Virus record (IMG/VR): IMGVR_UViG_3300017917_002479
Reading direction: 5' to 3' (one strand)
DNA from: an uncultured virus (IMG/VR IMGVR_UViG_3300017917_002479)
Lineage: Duplodnaviria > Heunggongvirae > Uroviricota > Caudoviricetes
DNA length: 64,000 bases
Part shown: positions 17,785-27,052 of the stretch, piece by piece
Numbering within the stretch: position 1 is the stretch's first letter
Layout of the letters: each line of letters starts with the position of its first letter
Translations under genes and position numbers: made by a program
The notes under the pieces: generated by a model
Database searches by the model: none
What the model saw: the letters and a program-made list of their open reading frames with translations, nothing else
What the model was told of the DNA's origin: nothing

Positions 17785-19362
17785 ATGGCTCGTCTTCGCC
17801 AGCTCCACCCCCAGAACTACGGTTCGTCGAGCAACATCAACTCGGAGATGGAGTCCCTCATCCGCTACCTGAACGCGGCTGAGCTGGGCAACAAGACGCT
17901 GGCCGAACTGCTCAGCGTCATCTTCGACGACGACGGCAACTTTGATGGCCCCATCGAGTTTCGCAAAGACCCGGACACCGGCATCGAAGTCCGCATCGGC
18001 GAATACACCGACCCTGAAGACGGCTGGCAGCTTCTTGTCAGCCTCGACGAACTGCGCGGCGAACCCGGCACCGTCGTCGGCGAGATTGGCGCGCCGATCC
18101 TCTATGCCCGCCAAGACTACAGCCCGGCCGCTGCCGCCACCGTCCTCGACTACAGCTTCGCCGCCACCGACACCGTCATCGTCTTCGAGAACGGCCTGCT
18201 CCTTACCGAAGGCGCATCGAAGGACTATACCCTCTCGCTGACCGGCGGCACCGGCGGCACCAGTGCGGTCGTCTTCAACTCGCCCTTCGCCGGAACCGAG
18301 AAGGTCTCGATCTTCAAGGTCCGCACCGAAATCGTCTCGGGCTACAACCGCGTCGACTACACGACTGTCGCGCCGCAGACCGTGTTCCCCTTCGCCCACG
18401 AAGAAGGCACCGTCCTGCTTGTCTTCGTCAACGGCATCCTCCAGCGCGAGGGTGGCCTCTACGACTACACCAAGTCGGATGCGACCGACACCGTGACCTT
18501 CCTGACGCCGGTTGCGCCGGGCAGCCTCGTCTCGATCATGGCCATCGAGAACGCCCTCACGACCGCCGTCACCGGCCTCATGCTTGAAGAGCAGTTCTGT
18601 GACCTGACCACTGGCCTCATCAAGTGGACCAAGATCGGCGTGGCCGACGGCCAAATCCCGATGGGCAAGGTCGCTGGCCTCACCACCTTCTTCAACGAAG
18701 CGGCCAAGCTCACGGTCTCGGCTTCGACCCCCGTCTCTCCCGCCTCGGGAGACCTGTGGCTCGACACCTCCTCGTCGCCCAACGCCCTCAAGTTCTACGA
18801 CGGCAGCCAGTGGCTCAACACCAACCCGAGCGACGCTTTGCCCAGCTATGGCGCAAGCGACGCGCTCCTCGTCTTGCGCGTCAATGGCACCGGCACCGCC
18901 CTTGAGTTTGCCGAAGTCGATCTTTCGAGCCGCGTCCCGCTGACCCAGAAGGGTGCGGCTAACGGCGTAGCCACCCTCGACAGCAACGCCAAGCTCCCCG
19001 TAGCCCAGCTCCCCAACTCGATCTCGCGCCAGACCTACGACCGCGTTGTCTCGGGTGCTGCCAGTAACACCACCTACTCGGTCAAGCGCCTGTGGAACCA
19101 ACGGGTCAACGTCGACTCGGTTGCCCTGCGCCTTTCGTCGGGCACCTGCTCGGCCCGCCTCGCCATCAACGGCGTTGGCGTCGGCTCGACCTTCTCGGTC
19201 TCGACGACCCCCACCGAAATCAAACTCGGCGAGGGCGGCAACCCGGACACTCCGCAGGACGTCGATGCTACCGGCGCGTCCAAGACGCTTGGCTTCATCA
19301 TCACCGCCGTTGCCGGGGCAACCGACCTCGACATGGCCATCGGAGCGTCCGTAACCCCGTGA
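17785..19362 (+). CDS. Tail structural protein (fibre/adaptor)
   Basis: Tandem VFENGLL/VFVNGIL..DYT modules; GDLWLDTS and KGAANGVATLD motifs common in tail proteins. Confidence 0.7.
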   Translation: MARLRQLHPQNYGSSSNINSEMESLIRYLNAAELGNKTLAELLSVIFDDDGNFDGPIEFRKDPDTGIEVRIGEYTDPEDGWQLLVSLDELRGEPGTVVGEIGAPILYARQDYSPAAAATVLDYSFAATDTVIVFENGLLLTEGASKDYTLSLTGGTGGTSAVVFNSPFAGTEKVSIFKVRTEIVSGYNRVDYTTVAPQTVFPFAHEEGTVLLVFVNGILQREGGLYDYTKSDATDTVTFLTPVAPGSLVSIMAIENALTTAVTGLMLEEQFCDLTTGLIKWTKIGVADGQIPMGKVAGLTTFFNEAAKLTVSASTPVSPASGDLWLDTSSSPNALKFYDGSQWLNTNPSDALPSYGASDALLVLRVNGTGTALEFAEVDLSSRVPLTQKGAANGVATLDSNAKLPVAQLPNSISRQTYDRVVSGAASNTTYSVKRLWNQRVNVDSVALRLSSGTCSARLAINGVGVGSTFSVSTTPTEIKLGEGGNPDTPQDVDATGASKTLGFIITAVAGATDLDMAIGASVTP

Positions 19363-19814
19363 TCCGCCGAGCCACCAACTTCGCGGACGCATGGGCCGTG
19401 AGGGAGCTGGCCGAGCGGATGCACGCCGAGTCCGCTTTCACCCACATTCCGTTTGACGAAGACGTGCTGATGCAGACCCTCCTTGGCTGCATCAACAACC
19501 CGGACGACGGCGTTGTCCTGATGGCTCAAAACGAGGACGGCGTCCTCAAGGGCTTCAAGTTTGGCGTCGCGCATCGGTTCTACTTCTCGACCGCCCGCGT
19601 CGCTCACGAGATGGCCATGTATGTCGCGCCGGAGTTTCGTGGTGGGTTCACCTGCGCTGCGCTCATCAAGGCGTTCGAGCGGTGGGCCAAGGAAGTTGGA
19701 GCCTTGGAAGTCGTGATCGGAGTCGCTGCCAACATCGACAACGACCTGACGGCCTCCGTCTATGAGCGTCTTGGCTACGCCTACCGTGGCCCAATCTTGA
19801 AGAAGGTCATCTGA
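19359..19814 (+). CDS. GNAT-family acetyltransferase
   Basis: IRRAT start, YVAPEFRGG acetyl-CoA motif, YERLGY; GTG start overlapping the upstream stop. Confidence 0.85.
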   Translation: MIRRATNFADAWAVRELAERMHAESAFTHIPFDEDVLMQTLLGCINNPDDGVVLMAQNEDGVLKGFKFGVAHRFYFSTARVAHEMAMYVAPEFRGGFTCAALIKAFERWAKEVGALEVVIGVAANIDNDLTASVYERLGYAYRGPILKKVI

Positions 19815-19815
19815 G

Positions 19816-22338
19816 ATGTGCGGAAGCCCCGAACCGCCACCGTCCCCGCCCGACTACTCGGCCCAGAAGGCTGCGTTCCAGCAGTCGCAGCAGGGCCAGT
19901 ATGATGCGCAGGCGGCCAAATACAACGCGGCTGCGACCGCCTTCAACACGAACCTCGCCAACTATGGCTCGAAGGTTAGCGAAGGCATGTCGAAGTTCGG
20001 CAACCTGACCATCGCCGACAAGGACAAGATCGATGAGGCCTACAACTTTTGGGGCAATCTCAAGAAGGAAGCCGCGAACCCGTGGACCTTCAACTTCACG
20101 GGCACCGCGCCGACCCAGACCCAGACCCAAACCCAGACGGGCACCAACCTTGGTGACGTCCCCTCGGGTGCTGGCAAGGGTCAGGCGTGGTGGGAAGGCA
20201 CTGGCCTCAATCTGACTGGCGGCACTTTCGACCTGCCGACCATCAACAATGCCGCTTTCCAAACCCCCGAGACGTTCACCTTCAACGGCCTGACCGGCTT
20301 CAACCTGACCGCGCCGAACTTCCAGTCGGTCGTGACGACCCCCTACGCGGGTCAGACGGTCAGCTTGAACATCCCGAACCTCATCAACCCCGATCTCAAC
20401 GGCGCGCGTGGATACCTCTCGCAGGTAGACACCGCCCTTTCGGGCCTTGCCTCCCTGCGCCAGCAGCGTCAGGCCGAACTCGACCGCATTGCCCAGTTCC
20501 AGACGGGCTATCGCGGCAACCTTGGCGACCTCGAAGCCCGTCTTGCCAACATCGGCATCGGCGATCCGAACGCCATCAATGGCATCGAAGCCGAACTGAA
20601 CCGCATCGAGAACCAGCGGCGCGGTTTCACCTCGCTCCTGCGCAACGAGTTTGGCGACTACTTCGGCCAGACCTCGTCCGAGCAGGACTACAACGACATC
20701 GTCTCGGGCCTCACCGGCCTGCGCCAGCGTCGCGATGCCGAGGTCAACCGCAACCGCGCCTTCGAGCAGCAGCAGATGGGTCTCTTCGACACCGTCCGTA
20801 ACTCGCTGTCCGGCCTCAACATTGGCAACATCGACCAGATCAAGGCCTACGACCAGCAGATCGACGACGCTGCCCGCAACATCCGGCGCTACAACAGCGA
20901 CGTCTCGGTCGACTTCACGGACGAACTGGACGCCTACAACGAGGTCAACTCGCAGATCGACAAGCTCTATGGCCAGCGCACGGCCGAAGAGCAGCGCATC
21001 GCGAACTTCGAGAACTCCCTCCTTCAGCGCGCCAACGCCCTTGAAGCCCAAGCCATGCAGCTTGGGATCGCTGATCCGCGCGCCTTCGACGCGCTGACCC
21101 GTCAGGCTCAGCAGCTTCGCGACGAAGCCTCGCGCTTCTCGTCGGCCCTTGGCTTCGACTTCAGCCAAGAACTCAATCCACTCGACGTCGTGGGCAACAC
21201 GATCACCGAGCGTCGCGCTGCGCGCGCCGCCGAAGAGCAGCGCATCGCCCAGTTCCGCGACAGCCTTGCGGCCCGTCTTGCTGACCTGCGCCAGCGCACT
21301 GGCAGCGTGAACATCGCTGACCTCAACCAGCTCAAGGCGCTCGACGCCGAACTCTCTGCGCTCGAACGCGAAGGCAGCCGCTTCAACACCGAACTCACCT
21401 TCGATCCGACCGACCTCACTGACAGCTTCGGCGAGATCGACCGCTCTATCGCCGACCTCTTCAACCAGCGCAGCACTGAAGAGCAGCGCGTGCGCACCGC
21501 CACCCAGACGGCGCGCGACCGCGCCGCCGACATCCTGCGCTCGGCCACGCTCTCCGACTTCTACAATGACGGCAACCTCAACGCCCTGTCCGCCGACATC
21601 CAGCGTGCCCGCTCCAGCGCGTCGGGCTTTTCCTCGGCCCTGACCGCCGACTTCTCTGGCGCACTGGCTGACCTGACCGCCGCCGAAGAACGCCTCAATG
21701 CCCTGCGCCAGCAGCGCAGCCAGCGTCTTGGTGAGATCGGCGCGAAGGCTGGCAGCATCAGCAGCGCCATTGGTGCCGCCGAACTCTGGGACGAGAACGC
21801 CATCAATGGCCAGCGCCGGGCCGCCGAAGCTGCCCTCAACGACCTCGCCTACTTCCAAGGCAACGACGTGGCCGACGTCCGCCGCTCCTTCGCCGACGCC
21901 CTTGGCCTCGCTGACCAGCGTGCAACCGAGCTTGCCAGCAAGCGCACCGCGCTTGAGACGCAAGCGCGTGACCTCCTGAGCCAGAACCGTGACCGCTCCT
22001 TCTTCAACGATGGCGAGCTGGCGCTCACCCGCGAACAGCTCGCTGCCCTCGAAGCTGAAGTGAACAAGTATCGCGCAGGTCAGGCTGAAGATGAGATCAC
22101 CAGCATCCGCTCCCGTCTTGGCACCGAAGGCAACCGCCTGACCACCGACGCGACCAACCGAGCCAAGGTCGAGCAGGCCGACATCCGTGCTGGCCAAGAG
22201 CAGATCGCCCGCAACAACATCGAGCGGTTCTTCCAGAACCTTCGCATGCAGCCCGTGAGCAACACCGACTACGAGGACTTGGTCCGCATGATGCGCTCCA
22301 ACCCGACGTCGGCCTTCTCGCGCAGCATCGGCCTGTAA
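19816..22338 (+). CDS. Internal virion (ejection) protein with helical repeats
   Basis: MCG start after GNAT; long coiled-coil repeats. Confidence 0.65.
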   Translation: MCGSPEPPPSPPDYSAQKAAFQQSQQGQYDAQAAKYNAAATAFNTNLANYGSKVSEGMSKFGNLTIADKDKIDEAYNFWGNLKKEAANPWTFNFTGTAPTQTQTQTQTGTNLGDVPSGAGKGQAWWEGTGLNLTGGTFDLPTINNAAFQTPETFTFNGLTGFNLTAPNFQSVVTTPYAGQTVSLNIPNLINPDLNGARGYLSQVDTALSGLASLRQQRQAELDRIAQFQTGYRGNLGDLEARLANIGIGDPNAINGIEAELNRIENQRRGFTSLLRNEFGDYFGQTSSEQDYNDIVSGLTGLRQRRDAEVNRNRAFEQQQMGLFDTVRNSLSGLNIGNIDQIKAYDQQIDDAARNIRRYNSDVSVDFTDELDAYNEVNSQIDKLYGQRTAEEQRIANFENSLLQRANALEAQAMQLGIADPRAFDALTRQAQQLRDEASRFSSALGFDFSQELNPLDVVGNTITERRAARAAEEQRIAQFRDSLAARLADLRQRTGSVNIADLNQLKALDAELSALEREGSRFNTELTFDPTDLTDSFGEIDRSIADLFNQRSTEEQRVRTATQTARDRAADILRSATLSDFYNDGNLNALSADIQRARSSASGFSSALTADFSGALADLTAAEERLNALRQQRSQRLGEIGAKAGSISSAIGAAELWDENAINGQRRAAEAALNDLAYFQGNDVADVRRSFADALGLADQRATELASKRTALETQARDLLSQNRDRSFFNDGELALTREQLAALEAEVNKYRAGQAEDEITSIRSRLGTEGNRLTTDATNRAKVEQADIRAGQEQIARNNIERFFQNLRMQPVSNTDYEDLVRMMRSNPTSAFSRSIGL

Positions 22339-22348
22339 GGAGTAGCGC

Positions 22349-24250
22349 ATGGCCTTTTCCGCAGCTCTTGGCGCAGCAGGGAGTGTCCTCGGGGGCATCT
22401 TCGGCATGGGGGCTGCCAAGGCTCAGGCCGAGGCGGCGATGTATGACTCCGCCCAGCGCCGGGAAACCGAGCGCGACATGATGGAACTGATCCGTGCCCA
22501 GACCGGCATCGGCTCTGATCTTATCCGTCGTGAGGGCGACCTGCTTCGCTACGCCCAAGACCAGAACCTCCAGAACGCCATGCTCGGCCTCGACCAGCGC
22601 GACTACGGTCGTCGTCTTGTCGACAGCGACCGGCAGCAGGCGATGGTCGAGCGCATCGCGCAGCTCCAGCGTATCCAAGACCTCGACTATTCCGAGCAGA
22701 CTGAATACGAGCGCCGTCTTGCGGCCCTCCAGAACAACGCGCGGATCACTACCAGCGAGCGCCAGCAGGCCATCGCCGAACTGCGCCGTGCCCAAGAGAT
22801 CGCCCGCCAAGAGCGCGCACAGCAAATCGAGTGGTTCCAAGCCGACATCTCGCGCCTCGAAAACGAGCGCGATCAAGGCCTGTCCTATCTCAACTACAAC
22901 CGCGACGTGGCCCAGCGCGAACGCGACTTCGACATTGGCCAGCTCCAACGCGGCCAGAACATCGCGTCGAGCGAGCGCGCTACCGCGATGCGCTACCTCG
23001 AAGATGCCCGCCGCACCGCCCGCGACGAGCGCGAGCGCGATGTTGCCAACTTCGACCGCGCCTCCGACCAACGCCGCAGCGAGCGCAACTTCCAAGAGAG
23101 CGAGTATCGCAACATGCGCGCGCAGGCGATGGCCGAGCGCATGTTCGACGTCGAGCGCCGCAACCAGATCGACTCCGCCATTGGCCGGTTCAGCGACGCC
23201 ACGACCGAAGCTCTCGCTCGCATGGGCGAGCGCACGGGCCGCAACTACCTCGGCGAAGAGGACATCGCCGCTGAGTCCGCCCGGCGCGAACAGGTGGCCG
23301 TCGACGACATCAACCGCATGGCTGATCGCGTCGCTTCCGTGAACGAGGCTGGCCTGATCCGCACCGGCATGGATCGCTCGACCAAGGCGACCGCCGCTCG
23401 CTCCGACATCACCGCGCGCCTTGCCACCGAGATGGCCAAGGCCCGCGAGTCCGCGCGTTCGGAAGCCATCCGCTACGTGGCGGGCGTCAACGACAACCTG
23501 AAGCTCTCCGAAGACATGGAGAACCTGCGCCGCGAGGCCGTCTTGCGTGATGTCTCGGCGGCCTACGGCGCTCCCATCGAGATGCTGATGCGCTCGCCGG
23601 AAGTCCGTTCGGCGATGGGTGGTCCCTCGTTCAGCGACGTCGGTTCCGCCGTTTACGACCGCGCGCTCCAGTCGGCCAACGACTACCGTGGCCCGCTCGA
23701 CGTCGGCAGCGCCAACTACAACATGCAGATCGGCTCGGCCGGTTCCTACAGCAGCCCGCTCAATGTCGGTTCGACGGTCATGGATCGCCGCTTCTCGTCG
23801 GGCAACGACTACCGCTCGCCCATGGAGATCGGCTCGGCTGCCTACGCGGGCCTGACCGGCGACCTCGGCAACGGCATGGCCGACGTCTACCAGTTCCAGT
23901 CCGGCATTGGTCCGTCCGCTTACGGCTTCGACGCCCGCACCAACTGGCAGCTTCCCAACCTCTCGACCGCCTCGGGCTTCTTCTCCGGCGCGATGGGCGG
24001 CATGAGCAGCATCCTCGCTGGCCGCCAGTCCCGCGAGACGCAGTCGCAGGCATCGGCAGCGAACGCCGCCCGCTCCGCTGGCGCTGGCTTCACCAATGCC
24101 TTCAAGGAACTCGGCAGCCTGTTTGGTGGCAGTGGCGGCACCAAGATGCCCAGCATCAGCAGCGTCGTCAGTGGCATGAGCGGCCAGTTCACTCCGCCTT
24201 ACAATCCCCTGCCTAACGGGGGTGGCAGCCTCGCAGACTACGGGTGGTAA
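22349..24250 (+). CDS. Internal virion (ejection) protein
   Basis: Gly/Ala-rich hydrophobic N-terminus, Arg/Gln/Glu coiled coil, Gly/Ser-rich C-terminus. Confidence 0.65.
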   Translation: MAFSAALGAAGSVLGGIFGMGAAKAQAEAAMYDSAQRRETERDMMELIRAQTGIGSDLIRREGDLLRYAQDQNLQNAMLGLDQRDYGRRLVDSDRQQAMVERIAQLQRIQDLDYSEQTEYERRLAALQNNARITTSERQQAIAELRRAQEIARQERAQQIEWFQADISRLENERDQGLSYLNYNRDVAQRERDFDIGQLQRGQNIASSERATAMRYLEDARRTARDERERDVANFDRASDQRRSERNFQESEYRNMRAQAMAERMFDVERRNQIDSAIGRFSDATTEALARMGERTGRNYLGEEDIAAESARREQVAVDDINRMADRVASVNEAGLIRTGMDRSTKATAARSDITARLATEMAKARESARSEAIRYVAGVNDNLKLSEDMENLRREAVLRDVSAAYGAPIEMLMRSPEVRSAMGGPSFSDVGSAVYDRALQSANDYRGPLDVGSANYNMQIGSAGSYSSPLNVGSTVMDRRFSSGNDYRSPMEIGSAAYAGLTGDLGNGMADVYQFQSGIGPSAYGFDARTNWQLPNLSTASGFFSGAMGGMSSILAGRQSRETQSQASAANAARSAGAGFTNAFKELGSLFGGSGGTKMPSISSVVSGMSGQFTPPYNPLPNGGGSLADYGW

Positions 24251-24253
24251 CAG

Positions 24254-26077
24254 ATGTTCGGCGCATTCACCGCAGACTTCCTTCAAGGCACCCGCGAGGA
24301 GAGCCAGCGTCTTCGTGGCGAACGCCAGAAGATCGCTGAGGCCTTCTCGCAGTTCAAGGCCCAGAACCCCGAGGCGTCTTACGCCGACTTCCGCATGTTC
24401 GTCGACAACATGACGGACGGCTCCAACTATCTGCGCGGCGCGCTCCCCACCGACGACATCCTCAAGGAGCTTGGTCGCCAAGGCGAGCGCACCCGCATCA
24501 ACGCCATGGCCCAGCGCGAAGCCGCCGCGATCCGTGGCCGTCTCGACAACGAGAACGCCCGCCGCCAACTCATTCTCGAAGCGCGCCGCAATGGCATCCG
24601 CGATCCCAACGAGATCGTGAACAATGCCATCAAGCTGATGGGCCTCTCCGATCCCGTCGAGATCGAACAGACGCGCGGCAGCCTGATGTCGCTCAACATC
24701 CCGCAGCTCCTCGACGATGCCGACCGCAACGAGTTCGACGCCAGCCTCCAGACCGCCCTCCAGCGCGTGCCGCTCGTTGGCAAGAAGGAAGAGCTTGGCG
24801 ATCTCCTGCCCAAGACGCTGGCCGGAACGCCGTATGCAGATCGCTTTAAGTCCATGATCGAGACGGCCTATGGCGAGGCCGCTGCCACCCGCTACCAGCG
24901 GACGTTCCAGACCGTCGTGTCTGGCGTGCAGAACCTTGGCATCGCTGCCCCGACCTTCGAGGACGTGGCTAATGTCGCCGAGAAGCTCGCTCCCGGCATG
25001 GACCCGACCGAGCGCGGCAATCTCGTGAAGGCGGTCTGGGCACAGACCAAGAAGCAGCTTGAGCAGAAGGCCGCCAGCGACGGCATGGAACTGAGCAAGT
25101 ATCGCCTTGGCCAGCGCGACGCCCTCTTCACCAAGGTCCAGAGCGACCCCGCGATTGGTTACGCCCTCAAGTCTGCAAACCCGGAAAAGGCGCGCGACCT
25201 CATTGCGCAGCACGTCGACACCATCTTCGGCAACGAACTCACCCCCGGCCAGCGCAAGCTGGCCATCGACGGTGCGTTCGAGAACGCCCGCACCCGCGTC
25301 GCGGCCACCGCAGAGGGCAAGGCCAGCGAACTGCGCAGCCAAGTCCCGCAGCTTCTTGCCAAGGAACGCGAGCAGAACGTCAGCCAGATTGAGTCCTACC
25401 TCAAGTCGGCCAAGGGCGTGCCGCCCAACGCGCAGAACGCCATCCAAGCGCTCGTCATGGGTGGCTTCTACATCGACCCCGCACGCCTGCCGGAAATGGT
25501 CGAGTTCGTCGCGAGCGACCCGAACCTTGCGAACGCCCCCGCCACGCAGGTGGCGCAGCGTCTCTCCGGCGCGTTCCCCGGCGCGGTCCAGTCCAACGCT
25601 CAGCGCCAGCAAATGATGGAGCAGACCCTCGGCGCACGCCAGCCGCAGCGCCGCGAAGACTACTTGCGTGCCGCGCAGCGCGACACCGAGAAGCGCTACA
25701 CCGAGATTGGCACGAGCATTGCCGCGCTCGAAAAAATCCAGAACCCGGTCGAGCGGGCGCTGCGGATCGAGCGCTTCCGCGACGAGTTCGTCCAGTCGGA
25801 GCGCGAGTTCTTCAACGCGATCAGCCGCGACATGACTGACCAGAGCTGGGCGCTGCCAGACAGTGCAATGGGTCCGAGTTCGTTCCCGAACCAGATGCTC
25901 GCTACGGTCATCAACGAGCGGAACCGTCGCCTCGTCGCCGCCGAAACGCGCCTCGCCTCGATGCTCCGTGAGGCGCGCGCGGCCAAGACGGAACTTGAGC
26001 GGAACACCAAGCCTGCCACCCAAAAGAGCCAACTCAGCGACGGCGGACAAGGCCGGGCCTCGAACTGGGGCTTCTAG
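24254..26077 (+). CDS. Internal virion (ejection) protein
   Basis: 607-aa helical protein within the ejection cluster. Confidence 0.6.
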   Translation: MFGAFTADFLQGTREESQRLRGERQKIAEAFSQFKAQNPEASYADFRMFVDNMTDGSNYLRGALPTDDILKELGRQGERTRINAMAQREAAAIRGRLDNENARRQLILEARRNGIRDPNEIVNNAIKLMGLSDPVEIEQTRGSLMSLNIPQLLDDADRNEFDASLQTALQRVPLVGKKEELGDLLPKTLAGTPYADRFKSMIETAYGEAAATRYQRTFQTVVSGVQNLGIAAPTFEDVANVAEKLAPGMDPTERGNLVKAVWAQTKKQLEQKAASDGMELSKYRLGQRDALFTKVQSDPAIGYALKSANPEKARDLIAQHVDTIFGNELTPGQRKLAIDGAFENARTRVAATAEGKASELRSQVPQLLAKEREQNVSQIESYLKSAKGVPPNAQNAIQALVMGGFYIDPARLPEMVEFVASDPNLANAPATQVAQRLSGAFPGAVQSNAQRQQMMEQTLGARQPQRREDYLRAAQRDTEKRYTEIGTSIAALEKIQNPVERALRIERFRDEFVQSEREFFNAISRDMTDQSWALPDSAMGPSSFPNQMLATVINERNRRLVAAETRLASMLREARAAKTELERNTKPATQKSQLSDGGQGRASNWGF

Positions 26078-26080
26078 CCC

Positions 26081-26989
26081 ATGAGTATCTACCGCATCAC
26101 CGAGCAGACCGAGAGCGGCGGACGGGACTTCAATCCCGACGGCTCTTGGGTCACGTCGCCGAAAGGCGCGCGCGGCCGCATGCAGGTCATGCCGGGCACC
26201 GAGCGCGACCCCGGCTACGGCGTCACGCCCGCCCGCGACAACTCGCCCGAGGAACTCGCGCGCGTCGGTCGCGACTATCTCGACGCGATGATCCGCCACT
26301 TCGGCGGCGACCTCCAGAAGGGCTGGGCCGCCTACAACCTTGGCCCCGGCAAGGTCGGCCGCATCATCGAGCAGCAGGGCAACAACTGGTTCAGCGCGCT
26401 CCCCGAAGAGACGCGCAACTACGTCAACAAGAACATGGGCCAGCTTCGTCGCGGCGGTGGTGCGGGGAACACCACCGCCGATCTCGATGATCCGGGCTTC
26501 TGGACCGGCAAGGCTGCCACTGGTGGCCGGAGCCAAGACGTCGACCTCCTCGACAGCCCAGACTTCTGGACAAAAGGAGTCACCCCCAAATCACCCTCCG
26601 GTAGTGTAAACGCAAGTCGCGTCTTGCCTGACATCCTGCCCGGCGCAGTCGTGACCAGCGGCTATCGTGGCCCCAACCATCCGCTGTCGAAGGCCAACCC
26701 GAACTCGTGGCACGCCCGCTCGCACGGCGCTGTCGACATCAAGCCGATCCCCGGCATGACCTTTGAGCAGGCCCGCCGCCAGATCGAGGCGCAGGGCTAC
26801 ACCATTATCGAGGCCAAGAACGAAGTTGGTGCTGGCCGCTCAGCCCACGCCACCGGCGACCACTGGCACTTCGTCTTGGCTGGCGGAGATCAAGGCGCTG
26901 ATCTTGACGACCCGTCCTTCTGGAGCGGCTCCGCCAAGACTGCTCCCACCACCTCCAGTTTCGACGACCCTAATTTCTGGCGCGGCTAG
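26081..26989 (+). CDS. Virion-associated lytic transglycosylase (SLT) fused to an M15-like peptidase
   Basis: ES...SPKGARGRMQVMPGT...AAYNLGPG...ETRNYV (SLT); TSGYR...SWH...GAVD...DHWH (M15 Zn peptidase fold). Confidence 0.85.
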   Translation: MSIYRITEQTESGGRDFNPDGSWVTSPKGARGRMQVMPGTERDPGYGVTPARDNSPEELARVGRDYLDAMIRHFGGDLQKGWAAYNLGPGKVGRIIEQQGNNWFSALPEETRNYVNKNMGQLRRGGGAGNTTADLDDPGFWTGKAATGGRSQDVDLLDSPDFWTKGVTPKSPSGSVNASRVLPDILPGAVVTSGYRGPNHPLSKANPNSWHARSHGAVDIKPIPGMTFEQARRQIEAQGYTIIEAKNEVGAGRSAHATGDHWHFVLAGGDQGADLDDPSFWSGSAKTAPTTSSFDDPNFWRG

Positions 26990-27052
26990 GGACGACCACT
27001 CAAAAACAATCCGGCATCCAGTCTGCACACAAGCGGAAACTGGAGAACCGTA

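Noticed and set aside
19359..19814. GNAT as a toxin or novel system
   Set aside because: A GNAT between tail and ejection genes is a common podovirus arrangement.
20113..20139. ACCCAG microsatellite (TQTQTQTQT); also ACCTCCATC x3 at 47044-47070
   Set aside because: In-frame low-complexity linkers; unit lengths are multiples of three, so no phase variation.
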